20,000 nt of DNA from an uncultured virus (IMG/VR IMGVR_UViG_3300050021_000838) (IMGVR_UViG_3300050021_000838), one strand, 5' to 3'; shown: positions 1-8,549, numbered from the stretch's first letter. Numbers and translations are program-made. The notes: generated from the letters alone by a model not told the origin.

Positions 1-204
1 GGTTATCAATGGCTGAAGCTGATTGATTAGTTCAACTGTCGGAAGGAAATACAAAGCATGGAAATGACAGAACAATCTTCTGTCAAGGAAGTCGATGCTA
101 TCATATACAGACTTCGATAAGAGTTTCAGCCGGCCATGTTCGTCCAGAAGCAATGCCTCAATATCGCTGATGTCTTTTTGGTCTAAAACCAGAGCTTCCA
201 TCAT
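1..204 (-). CDS. Phage-like hypothetical protein, N-terminal 68 aa, runs off the window edge; possibly class I SAM-methyltransferase-like
   Basis: Not in the ORF track. ATG at 204-202 overlaps the TGA stop of the upstream ORF (ATGA coupling). Open to position 1: MMEALVLDQKDISDIEALLLDEHGRLKLLSKSVYDSIDFLDRRLFCHFHALYFLPTVELINQLQPLIT. The methyltransferase guess rests only on recalled resemblance of the 'LYFLPTVELI' segment. Confidence 0.65.
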   Translation of the reverse strand, partial: MMEALVLDQKDISDIEALLLDEHGRLKLLSKSVYDSIDFLDRRLFCHFHALYFLPTVELINQLQPLIT

Positions 205-671
205 ATCTGTCCTTTATCCAATTTTTCAAAATATACGTCCAGCAGATACATTAACGACTCGCCATTATCTCCATCACCACCTGACTTCCAACAGAAGTAG
301 TCATCATTCTCTTCATAATCAATTTTGGCTATGGCTTTATAAAGCTCTTCAGACCTATCATCATGGTCAATTCCCTGTTCCCATCGCTGATTCGGATTCA
401 AACCTGACCGGGGATCTATTACAAGTTCAAGTGCTTCCTCTTTCACAAATATTTCGTCACCCTCTTTCGACCTAACATGATATATCGGAATGAAATCAAT
501 CGGATGTAACAAGATGGAAGTTATCCTTCCAACAAGGCCATCCTTTCCATCCAAACGGCTCTCTTGTTTATTCATGGGCAATAGAACAGATATAAAACTT
601 TCATTCGAACGATGGATCGTTGGGAAAATCTCCCCAGCGTTTACCAATATCACTTTATCCTTAATCTTCAC
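201..671 (-). CDS. Phage-like hypothetical protein (156 aa)
   Basis: GTG start preceded by a GGAG Shine-Dalgarno. Acidic C-terminal segment WKSGGDGDNGE. Coupled to the next ORF. Confidence 0.75.
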   Translation of the reverse strand: MKIKDKVILVNAGEIFPTIHRSNESFISVLLPMNKQESRLDGKDGLVGRITSILLHPIDFIPIYHVRSKEGDEIFVKEEALELVIDPRSGLNPNQRWEQGIDHDDRSEELYKAIAKIDYEENDDYFCWKSGGDGDNGESLMYLLDVYFEKLDKGQI

Positions 672-691
672 TTGAACTCCATTTATTTTTG

Positions 692-776
692 CACGTAGAG
701 CAGGATTCGAACCTGCGAAGGCTTTCGCCGACAGTTTTGGAGACTGTTCCCTTAGACCAGACTTGGGTATCTACGT
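692..776 (-). tRNA. trnW: tRNA with CCA (Trp) anticodon and non-canonical long variable arm, 85 nt, 3'-CCA not encoded
   Basis: Reverse complement folds as: acceptor ACGTAGA/TCTACGT, discriminator G, D arm CCC-AAGTCTGGTCTAA-GGG, anticodon stem ACAGT/ACTGT with loop CT-CCA-AA, variable arm C-GGC-GAAA-GCC-TTC, T arm GCAGG-TTCGAAT-CCTGC. Confidence 0.92.
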
Positions 777-782
777 ATTAGC

Positions 783-803
783 GCCCGGCTTATTCCACCG
801 GGC
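783..803. other. GC-rich hairpin 6 nt upstream of the tRNA 5' end
   Basis: GCCCGG-9nt-CCGGGC perfect inverted repeat overlapping the stop of ORF 790..939. No U tract on the minus strand. Confidence 0.4.
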
Positions 804-939
804 AAATTCGATTCCCTGCATTTCGATAGAAAATCTTCATGCTATCCAGATCTTCGCTTTCAAGGAAGTCTTGTTTCACTTCCATTATCTCAAAGGTCAG
901 TAGTCGGAGAAACTCTATCATATATCTTTTCTGAGACAT
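790..939 (-). CDS. Small hypothetical protein (49 aa)
   Basis: Below the ORF-track cutoff. GGAGGT SD just upstream of ATG 939. MSQKRYMIEFLRLLTFEIMEVKQDFLESEDLDSMKIFYRNAGNRICPVE, TAA stop. Confidence 0.6.
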   Translation of the reverse strand: MSQKRYMIEFLRLLTFEIMEVKQDFLESEDLDSMKIFYRNAGNRICPVE

Positions 940-1019
940 AGTACCTCCATCTTTGTTATATGAGTCTGGCCAGAAATCATTTTCTTACTTTAACTGTATT
1001 TCCTACATAGGAAACTTAA

Positions 1020-1166
1020 TCATTCTTCTGTCTCCGTTACTTCCGTCAAATCGAAGTTACTTGGGAACTTTGCTATTACCGACAGCTCCTCGTTGGCTTC
1101 ATCCTCTGTATCTGCCGGTATCGTAATTGAGTTACCATTCGAATCGTCAAAAATGTATAAGGCCAT
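1020..1166 (-). CDS. Small acidic hypothetical protein (48 aa)
   Basis: ATG overlaps the ligase stop (TAATG). MALYIFDDSNGNSITIPADTEDEANEELSVIAKFPSNFDLTEVTETEE, TGA stop. Confidence 0.65.
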   Translation of the reverse strand: MALYIFDDSNGNSITIPADTEDEANEELSVIAKFPSNFDLTEVTETEE

Positions 1167-2299
1167 TATGCTACCTCATCCATATCTTCGTACAGTCTGA
1201 TAGCAAAACCCTCGCCAGGTACGCCAACTGCAATACTTGGTATTCCCTTTTCAGAGTAATCATAAAACTTAACCATTAGCATTCTTCCAATGTGCTCATC
1301 TGCGTGTCTGAACCAGTAAGCCTTATCTTCATAAGTTCCTTTCGGTTCGACATCGAACGATGCACTTCCATCCGGCAATTCGCATAACCATGTTACACAT
1401 CCAAGGTTCTTCCCTTTGCCTGATTTGTAGCCGACTATCTTGAATTCCGCGTCCTGGAATGATTTCACTTTTAGCACATCATAGGTTTCCTTACCCATGA
1501 CATATACCGCTTTCATGTTTCTAACCATCGCACCCTCAAAGCCTTCCTCTACGAATTGTTTTTCGTAAGCCAGAACTTCAGCTTCATTGTTGGCAATAAA
1601 GGTTTCTACTTCTTTGATGCAAGGCGCTGTTACTTCTCTCAGGAGTTCATGTATCAGGGCTAGTCTTTCATCCTGTGGCATATTCGGTTGGTCAACTACA
1701 ACGCAATCGAATACATGGAATTCCATAGCATCTGATCTGGGACCTCTGTACTTTTTAACTCTTCGGTTGGTTTCTTCCAGCGTGAGTCCATGTAGGTAAA
1801 TCTCTCCAAGTGGAAGGATATTCTTCGGTACTTTGCCAGCAAAAGCATTATTTATATGCTGGACTGATGAATATTCTTTGTTGCCTCTGCTCTGCAGTTT
1901 AATCCCCGGCATCTCTCTTACCATTGTGTTCAGCCCATTGTACTTTCTCTGGACAAAACATGGGTAAATTACTTTACTTTTATGTTTGCCAAATTCATTT
2001 GCATGCTGAGGCAGGACTTTCGTGGTACCAAGAGCTTCTTCCCGTGTCTCTGAATATTTCTTATCCAGTTTCTTCTGCCATTGAGCCTGAGCCTCTTTCA
2101 CTGCCTGTTCTTCCGGAGTAGTTTCATTAGCTTTGCCAATGTTCTTTCCGATTACCGCTACCGGAGCTGACGACTGTAATTTGCCGCCGACTTTCCCATA
2201 TTCTTTAATAATCGAATTGCCTTCCACTCGGATCGTCCACTGCTGAAGTCCACCTTCCTTGTTTTTCTCATACAAGGTTGGTAAAATGACTGTTTGCAT
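1166..2299 (-). CDS. lig: ATP-dependent DNA ligase, phage type, with WGR-like N-terminal domain
   Basis: Nucleotidyltransferase motifs: I QRKYNG (KxDG variant), III LGEIY, IIIa FHVFD, IV EGAMVR, V LKVK. C-terminal OB fold (DAEFKIVG...VKFY). N-terminal 'QQWTIRVEGNSIIKEYGKVG' resembles WGR. Confidence 0.93.
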   Translation of the reverse strand: MQTVILPTLYEKNKEGGLQQWTIRVEGNSIIKEYGKVGGKLQSSAPVAVIGKNIGKANETTPEEQAVKEAQAQWQKKLDKKYSETREEALGTTKVLPQHANEFGKHKSKVIYPCFVQRKYNGLNTMVREMPGIKLQSRGNKEYSSVQHINNAFAGKVPKNILPLGEIYLHGLTLEETNRRVKKYRGPRSDAMEFHVFDCVVVDQPNMPQDERLALIHELLREVTAPCIKEVETFIANNEAEVLAYEKQFVEEGFEGAMVRNMKAVYVMGKETYDVLKVKSFQDAEFKIVGYKSGKGKNLGCVTWLCELPDGSASFDVEPKGTYEDKAYWFRHADEHIGRMLMVKFYDYSEKGIPSIAVGVPGEGFAIRLYEDMDEVA

Positions 2300-2396
2300 A
2301 GTTTACTTCCTTTTACTTGTTACTGTTATTTAATTGTTATGAAAGGATACTTACAAGTTCCATGCTAAGAAATAAAGGGGGAGCCATCTCACATGT

Positions 2397-2559
2397 TTAG
2401 CTGGGAGCTTCTGCAATGGATTCATAATATTCCACACCCATAGGACTATTTGCTTTGAAATAATCATAAGCAGAATACGATATGATACTGGCGACACTCA
2501 ATCCCAAGACGCTTGTTTCTCAGTAGGGCAGCAAGCAGCGGCAAGGACAACTGAATCAT
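2397..2559 (-). CDS. Small ORF with hydrophobic N-terminus; 31 aa as read (2464..2559), ~53 aa if a +1 frameshift is allowed
   Basis: AAGGAG SD 8 nt before ATG 2559. Frame 0 reads MIQLSLPLLAALLRNKRLGIECRQYHIVFCL*. The +1 frame after codon 13-14 reads (E)TSVLGLSVASIISYSAYDYFKANSPMGVEYYESIAEAPS*, ending at 2397. Confidence 0.4.
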
Positions 2560-2579
2560 TTGCCTTTCTCCTTAATAGC

Positions 2580-2614
2580 AAAAGAGGCGACTCGTGTTAA
2601 CTTGTCACCTCTTT
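2580..2614 (-). terminator. Putative intrinsic terminator downstream of the Glu-like tRNA
   Basis: Minus strand AAAGAGGTGAC-12nt-GTCGCCTCTTTT; stem with one U-G pair ending in a U run. Confidence 0.55.
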
Positions 2615-2631
2615 ATATATTTTGTAATTTG

Positions 2632-2703
2632 CTGCGTGATTAGGAGTCGAACCCAAGTTTCCGACTTGAGAAAGCCAGCGTCCTAACTTTAGACGACCAC
2701 GCA
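2632..2703 (-). tRNA. trnE: tRNA-Glu-like gene with 8-nt anticodon loop (TTTCTCAA); possible pseudogene or frameshift-type tRNA
   Basis: Acceptor TGCGTGG/TCACGCA plus G73. D arm TC-GTCT-AAAGTTA-GGAC typical of Glu. Anticodon stem CTGGC/GTCGG, 4-nt variable loop AAAC, T arm TTGGG-TTCGACT-CCTAA. The D loop lacks the GG pair. Confidence 0.8.
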
Positions 2704-2843
2704 ATATTAAGAACGATTACGAGGTCAAATGTATCGGATTGATTAGTCGTTGTCCTCCTTAAAATCTTAAGGAGTGACAGATTGAAGGTGTTCTGTTATA
2801 TCTATTACTAATGCGGGTATTGAAAGAGAATGGCTAAAGTTAC

Positions 2844-5759
2844 CTATTCATTAAATATAATATCAAAATCTTTAGTCGTATAAGTTTTTAAAGTTTCATC
2901 CCGTCCAATCGGGTTATCGTAATAAGTTAAAGTTGTTATTATTTCTTTTTCTTTTATTTGATATGGCTGTTTAGAAAATATTTTAGCATATCCCAAAGCT
3001 TTATCTTCTGCATTCACCCAACCAAGTCTTATTCCTTTTGGGTCAATAAATTTAATTATATACTTATTGTCCTTCTTAAGCCAGAAAATGAAATCCGGGA
3101 AAAAATTACGATATTTCTGCTGTTCAGTATCATAATAAGGAATACTCACTTTATCTAAGGACTCATCAATTTTGGAGAAATACCACCAGTCATATTTAGA
3201 AAGTTTAGTTTTATGTTTTAATAGGTCTTTCAGAAACTCTTTTTCGCTTTCTTCAGAAATTACATGTTTAATAAATTGCTCAAAACCGAAGTCCGCTATT
3301 AGTAACGGTTTATAATAATGCTCCTCAAGAAAGTCTTTATTAATTTTTAACGATACATCACCAACTGAAAAATCATTTGGCTTACTAAGCTTAGCATATT
3401 CCTTTTTAAATTCTTCATCGCCAATTTTATCAGCTTTGAGTAACTTAAATAACTGATCCTCCGATTGATACTTCGCCGAAAGTACATCTTTAATTAATTC
3501 TTCTAAATGAGCCAAATCAATGTCATTCAGATTTGCAACTTGAATACTCTCGAAGTGAATGATCTCATTAGAAAGTTTTTTAAAACTATTTAATATTTTG
3601 GGCTTCTGGTGAAAATGGTTATTTAGGAGTAATAAGTTGTCAAATGCATTTGCGCTTCTATCAGGTGCTGTTGTTGTGATTTTACCATCAGTTCTTATTA
3701 TTGAAAGTGTATCAACTAAATTTAATACTGCCCTATCAGGACACTTCATAAGAAGTATTTTGTCCGTTGCTTTTGCACTGTCACCCACAAATTCCATCAA
3801 CTCAGTATACTCATTTCTTGAAAGATTGTACGCCGGTATATCCTCTTCTATATCGTTATAGGTTGCAATGAGTAATTCTTCTTGAATATTGATGTTGCGT
3901 TCAACAGAAGTAATATTTTTCCAATCTTTAGTTACAGTGTTTTTATTCAGATTTTCGATAATCTTTTGAATAACTTCTTTATTAGTTGCAAAAATATGTA
4001 GTGATTCTAAAGCTAAGTTTTTTTTATTGTTTACAATTTCTATTTCTTTTTCAACGGTTAAAACAGTTTGAATTTTTTCTTTTTCATTAACAGAAAAATA
4101 ATTTAATCGTTTTCGAATCCCATAAAAAGGCTGTATTCTTACACCTCGCCCAATGGCTTGTAGTACAAATTTTTGAGCATCTTCATTAACACCTAAATTA
4201 ATAAAATTTATCACATTTGGTCGATTACTGTCCCAACCTTCCGTAAATATTCGTGAACCAAGCAAAATATTTATTTCGCTTTCGTTGGAATTTATCTCTT
4301 TAAAAAAAGATTTTGTTAAAGGTGTTCTGGAATACTCATAGTTAGCTAATACATTATCACTCCAATTCGTTGCATCAGAAGCTACAAGCAGGCAAAAATG
4401 TTTACCTTTTTTTGCTGTCTTCATTCTGAAAGCAATTTCCCTTGAATTGCCTATTATTCTTGTATACTCAATTTTACCAGGCGAGGTAGCATTAAAAGCA
4501 TACTTTAGTATATCTTCTTTAGTAATCCCTTTTACCAGAAGGATAAATCTGGAAGGAAGAATTTCAGTTTCAAATAGAAAATTTTTTTGAACTAATAAGT
4601 CTTGTAAAATAGCTTCTTTTGCTTTATCCAATTCATAATCGCCACTCGCAATAATTCCAATTTGTTGAAAAAATAATTTGAGGTCAGCCTTAACGGTGTT
4701 CACTTCATTTGCTAAAGTTATTAACAATGGATTGTGATAAAGGGATTTATGAATTTTATGTATTGCTTCAGCTTCTTTTTTAATCGCAGTTAGCATTATC
4801 AATGATTTTAATACGATTACATATTTTTCTCTATCGTTAAAATCTCTATCATTATGTTTATTGAAATTGATAAATTCTTCGCCAGAAATTTTAATATGTT
4901 TCCCATATCCTGCTTCAATGAATTTTTTCAAATTGAAATTAAATACAGTTGTAACAATATCAATAGTATCCGTAAATGTAGCCGAAAAATTAAATAGAAA
5001 CCCATTTTTGCTCAATATTGTATAATATTGTTGTCTTTTACTATCTTCGCTATCTCCCTTGTGAGCCTCATCTAAAAGTACATACCACTTACCATTATTA
5101 AAAACAGTTTTGTAACTCAACAGTTCTGTCTTATCCACATCAGTAATGTTATCTGATCGATAATAAAAAATGGTGACTGAATTTGCATCATAGAGGTTAA
5201 GTTGTCCTTGTTTAATTCGTTCCCATTCACGCAGGTCTTTGAGTGCAATTTTAAGATTTCCATTTTTGTTGAATATTTCAATATGCTCCTTAATTTGTTC
5301 GAGAATCTCTGGCTTTGGGGCTAATAATAAAATGTCATTTTTAGGTATAAACCCATTGCTTGCTAAATAATAAAGTTGCTCTATTATCTTTATCATCACT
5401 AATGTTTTCCCACTACCGGTCGCCATCCATAAAGAAGCACGATTGATAAAATTCTTAAAATCTATTTTATCATCGATGGTCGGATAATATTCCGAAAGAA
5501 TTTCATAATTGGCATCATCCTTATATACAGACAAAGCAGCATCATATTCTAAAATTCCATTTGTACGATAGTAGTTAAATAATTCATTTGGCTTGTTGTA
5601 ATAAAGGAAAAGAGCATTCAAGGTTTGATATAATGCTTTTTGCTGGTAATCATGAAGTTTAAAATCAATTCCAAAGGTTTCCGTATCCAAATTTTTATAA
5701 AACTCTGGTAACTCCCGATCGGATTCTTTCGCTATATTTTCTAATATTATTTTGCTCAT
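2844..5759 (-). CDS. res: Type III restriction-modification system, Res subunit (SF2 helicase plus PD-(D/E)xK endonuclease)
   Basis: Walker A MATGSGKT, DEAH, FSATF, EGWD, QAIGRGVR. C-terminal FFPDFIFWLK...FIDPKG nuclease motif. Lies 3 bp downstream of mod. Confidence 0.95.
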   Translation of the reverse strand: MSKIILENIAKESDRELPEFYKNLDTETFGIDFKLHDYQQKALYQTLNALFLYYNKPNELFNYYRTNGILEYDAALSVYKDDANYEILSEYYPTIDDKIDFKNFINRASLWMATGSGKTLVMIKIIEQLYYLASNGFIPKNDILLLAPKPEILEQIKEHIEIFNKNGNLKIALKDLREWERIKQGQLNLYDANSVTIFYYRSDNITDVDKTELLSYKTVFNNGKWYVLLDEAHKGDSEDSKRQQYYTILSKNGFLFNFSATFTDTIDIVTTVFNFNLKKFIEAGYGKHIKISGEEFINFNKHNDRDFNDREKYVIVLKSLIMLTAIKKEAEAIHKIHKSLYHNPLLITLANEVNTVKADLKLFFQQIGIIASGDYELDKAKEAILQDLLVQKNFLFETEILPSRFILLVKGITKEDILKYAFNATSPGKIEYTRIIGNSREIAFRMKTAKKGKHFCLLVASDATNWSDNVLANYEYSRTPLTKSFFKEINSNESEINILLGSRIFTEGWDSNRPNVINFINLGVNEDAQKFVLQAIGRGVRIQPFYGIRKRLNYFSVNEKEKIQTVLTVEKEIEIVNNKKNLALESLHIFATNKEVIQKIIENLNKNTVTKDWKNITSVERNINIQEELLIATYNDIEEDIPAYNLSRNEYTELMEFVGDSAKATDKILLMKCPDRAVLNLVDTLSIIRTDGKITTTAPDRSANAFDNLLLLNNHFHQKPKILNSFKKLSNEIIHFESIQVANLNDIDLAHLEELIKDVLSAKYQSEDQLFKLLKADKIGDEEFKKEYAKLSKPNDFSVGDVSLKINKDFLEEHYYKPLLIADFGFEQFIKHVISEESEKEFLKDLLKHKTKLSKYDWWYFSKIDESLDKVSIPYYDTEQQKYRNFFPDFIFWLKKDNKYIIKFIDPKGIRLGWVNAEDKALGYAKIFSKQPYQIKEKEIITTLTYYDNPIGRDETLKTYTTKDFDIIFNE

Positions 5760-5762
5760 TAT

Positions 5763-8549
5763 TTATTGCTTTGCTTCTTTACTATTCCACCAAATAAGCG
5801 GTTTTATCCAGGGATATTTTTCGAAGGTCATATTATTATATATGATTTCCATTTCTTCATTTGTATTGCGGTCAATGAGAACACAATAATCTTTACCAAG
5901 TTTTTTTATGAGTTTACCGCTTAGATTGCTGAGTGTTTCAGCTATATCAACATCAGGATAAAGAGATTCTAATATTATCCTTGCATTTTTTCTATTATAA
6001 TCAATCTCAATTGCGTCAAGTAATTTTTGATCTTGCATAAAACAATATTTTTCTACCTGATTTTCGTTTTTACCAGTCCACTGATAGATTGCCCTGGATA
6101 GGGTATCTTCATATTGTTCAAGTTCATAATACTTAAACATTCCCCCCCCCTGCCAATTAGTGTCAATTGAAAGCTTGGGCTTTCTATCCCCAATTAAAAC
6201 AGTTTTTAGTCTGGGTAAAATTAGACTTGAAAAATAATCGGCCATTTCTGAACATATCCATTTACGTGATAACTTATGTGCAGCAGCAGCCGTTGTGCCA
6301 GATCCAACGAAATAATCAAGCACATAATCTCCTTCATTTGATGATGTTTGGATTATTCTTCTTAGAAGATTCTCTGGTTTTTGTGTATTCCCATCACTCC
6401 AGTTCTCTCTCGTCATATTTTGTGTATACATCATAGAATATATGTCATTCCAAACATCACCTATTGCGATTTTTTGGTATTCACCTTCTATTTTTTTATT
6501 ATAAAATTTATCATCTTTATTTCTTATTTGAATAAAACCATCACCATCTCCGTCTTCAATTAAATCCAGCCATCCGATCTCGGGTAAATTTTCTTTAGTA
6601 ACCCACATTTTGTTAAAAACGGCATCTCCTTGTTTCAAGTAAAATATAGTATCATGCTGCCGAATAAAATTCGCCGCTCTACTTTTAAAGCCAGAAGGGC
6701 TCGGGCTCGTATTCCAAATTATTTCTCGTTTAACATCATCATTATATACATTCAGTAAAAGTTGTCTCATTAAATAATTGCAATTATGATCAAGATGTAT
6801 ATAAAATGAGGAGTCATCTTTTTGAAACTGTTTTTGCAATTCAATTCGATTATTTAAAAATGTTAACCAAGTAGAATCCTTGTATTTATCTTTAAATGCA
6901 AAATTATCTTTTTCAGTATTAAATGGAGGGTCGATATAAACTAAAGCGACTTGGTTTGAGTATTTATTCTTCAAGGAGTTTAGTGTCTGATAATTATCAC
7001 TTTTCACTAAAACACCCTGAATCAAATTATCATAAATATCGTAATTCGACAATAATTCCAATAAAATAAATTTCTTATTTTTGTCAAGGTACTTAGTATC
7101 AATAAATAACTTATCAATACTTAATTGATCAGGTAAAGTCTGAGGCGAAATAGAGGCGAAAAATCCTTCTAATAGATTATTTCTATCAAAAATTTTATCG
7201 TTTATTTCAATTGAGTCTTTATTTTCTTTTAAATATTTTTTAAGCTCCTCTTTTTCGTTAAACAATCGAGCATACGTAATTTTATAAATTTTATTTTTAT
7301 TGTTATAAATAATTTTATGAGGGTAAATTTTTCTTAGCGGCTCTTTTGATATTTCTCTAATGCAAAAAATAAAATCAGCAGCGGCTTCCTTATTGCTTAA
7401 TATTAACTCCAATAACATTTCCTGAACAATAGCATAGTCTACTGGTGTTAAAAGTTTTTTTAATGATATTAGAGAAAATACATAATTTGAATTTCTAACA
7501 ATTTTTGGTTTTTCCCAAATAGCTTTTAATTCATCTTCAAATTTTGCAATGAATTCAATTACCTTATGTGCAATCTTTTTAATATTTTGCATTCTAACCA
7601 CTGTTGGAGAATCAAAGTCAGTTTGCAAGTCATTAAATAGCCAGTTGTATTGGTATATATCAAATTGTTCTTTTAAAAAACTTTCTGCATCAATATGTAT
7701 GAAATAATCAATTTCATTTTGTTTTTTATAAATCCCAAATGCTTTTAAAATATCTTCTTCGGAAACAATTATTGTTTTAGCCAGGAAATACATGCGAAGA
7801 TGATCTAAGTTGGACAAACAGAACTCAACAGTTACCGTATTTACTGTATCATCTTCATTGATAATATTTAGACAATCTCTTAAATCTCCTTTACGAGTAA
7901 ACACACTTTGGTCAATGTTGTTCTTAATAAATTTTATATTACCATGAAGTTTTTTACCATAATTTTCAAGAAGCTTATCTTTTACTTCGTTATTGCTTTC
8001 AATTCCCAAGTATTCCTTTAATCTTTCGTACTTGGTTATCTCATTATACATTACTTTAAAAGTGAGTTTTGTTGGCGCAACATTTACCAGAAAGAAAATA
8101 AGGCCTTTCTTTTCGTTACCTTTGATGTGTTTTATTTGCGAAGCGTCAAATGAGTATGTCACACCATTTATTTCAGTTTCTAAATCGTCGTACATCACTT
8201 CACTTTTTACATAGTAAAGCTTCCTCGTTTTCCAAAAGAGACTAACATCGTCTCGATCAGAATAAACCCTTTCGTAAAGATTTTTATGCAATTGAGAATT
8301 AGCAAAAAATACTGTGCCTGTTTCGTTTAGGTAGCAATCAAAGAACGAATATAATTTTTCAAAAAGCTCTTCTCTATTTCCAAGATCAATATTTTTATCA
8401 ATTTCTTCCTTTAAATAGGGCTCGATCTGAGCAAAGTATTGTTGCTTCAAGTCAAGCAAGTTAACATAACCTGATTGACCCTTGATTTTATGCCCTACAA
8501 AAGTATCCTTGAGGGCTGAAAAAAAACGTTGCTCATATTTGTTGTTCAT
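5763..8549 (-). CDS. mod: Type III restriction-modification system, Mod subunit (beta-class N6-adenine methyltransferase)
   Basis: Catalytic VYIDPPFNT precedes TQKPENLLRRII and the SAM-binding LDYFVGSGTT. C-terminal WQGGGMFKYYELEQYED. Adjacent to res. Confidence 0.95.
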   Translation of the reverse strand: MNNKYEQRFFSALKDTFVGHKIKGQSGYVNLLDLKQQYFAQIEPYLKEEIDKNIDLGNREELFEKLYSFFDCYLNETGTVFFANSQLHKNLYERVYSDRDDVSLFWKTRKLYYVKSEVMYDDLETEINGVTYSFDASQIKHIKGNEKKGLIFFLVNVAPTKLTFKVMYNEITKYERLKEYLGIESNNEVKDKLLENYGKKLHGNIKFIKNNIDQSVFTRKGDLRDCLNIINEDDTVNTVTVEFCLSNLDHLRMYFLAKTIIVSEEDILKAFGIYKKQNEIDYFIHIDAESFLKEQFDIYQYNWLFNDLQTDFDSPTVVRMQNIKKIAHKVIEFIAKFEDELKAIWEKPKIVRNSNYVFSLISLKKLLTPVDYAIVQEMLLELILSNKEAAADFIFCIREISKEPLRKIYPHKIIYNNKNKIYKITYARLFNEKEELKKYLKENKDSIEINDKIFDRNNLLEGFFASISPQTLPDQLSIDKLFIDTKYLDKNKKFILLELLSNYDIYDNLIQGVLVKSDNYQTLNSLKNKYSNQVALVYIDPPFNTEKDNFAFKDKYKDSTWLTFLNNRIELQKQFQKDDSSFYIHLDHNCNYLMRQLLLNVYNDDVKREIIWNTSPSPSGFKSRAANFIRQHDTIFYLKQGDAVFNKMWVTKENLPEIGWLDLIEDGDGDGFIQIRNKDDKFYNKKIEGEYQKIAIGDVWNDIYSMMYTQNMTRENWSDGNTQKPENLLRRIIQTSSNEGDYVLDYFVGSGTTAAAAHKLSRKWICSEMADYFSSLILPRLKTVLIGDRKPKLSIDTNWQGGGMFKYYELEQYEDTLSRAIYQWTGKNENQVEKYCFMQDQKLLDAIEIDYNRKNARIILESLYPDVDIAETLSNLSGKLIKKLGKDYCVLIDRNTNEEMEIIYNNMTFEKYPWIKPLIWWNSKEAKQ
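6142..6150 (-). repeat. G9 homopolymer tract inside mod
   Basis: Nine consecutive C on the + strand, read as CAG GGG GGG GGA (QGGG) on the coding strand. Confidence 0.9.

Noticed and set aside
2534..2563. tmRNA-like tag reading ANDSVVLAAA on the minus strand
   Set aside because: It is followed by TGC rather than a stop, has no tRNA-like domain or pseudoknot context, and the SD/ATG favour a different frame.
1..2800. Stop-codon recoding in the phage-like block
   Set aside because: The ligase and neighbouring ORFs are intact under the standard code, TGA and TAA act as coupled stops, and neither tRNA has a CTA or TCA anticodon in the normal register.
95..8214. + strand track ORFs (95..475, 490..675, 1587..1799, 1924..2121, 2958..3158, 3637..3861, 6167..6436, 6381..6563, 7993..8214)
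   Set aside because: Antisense shadows of well-supported minus-strand genes, with no motifs.
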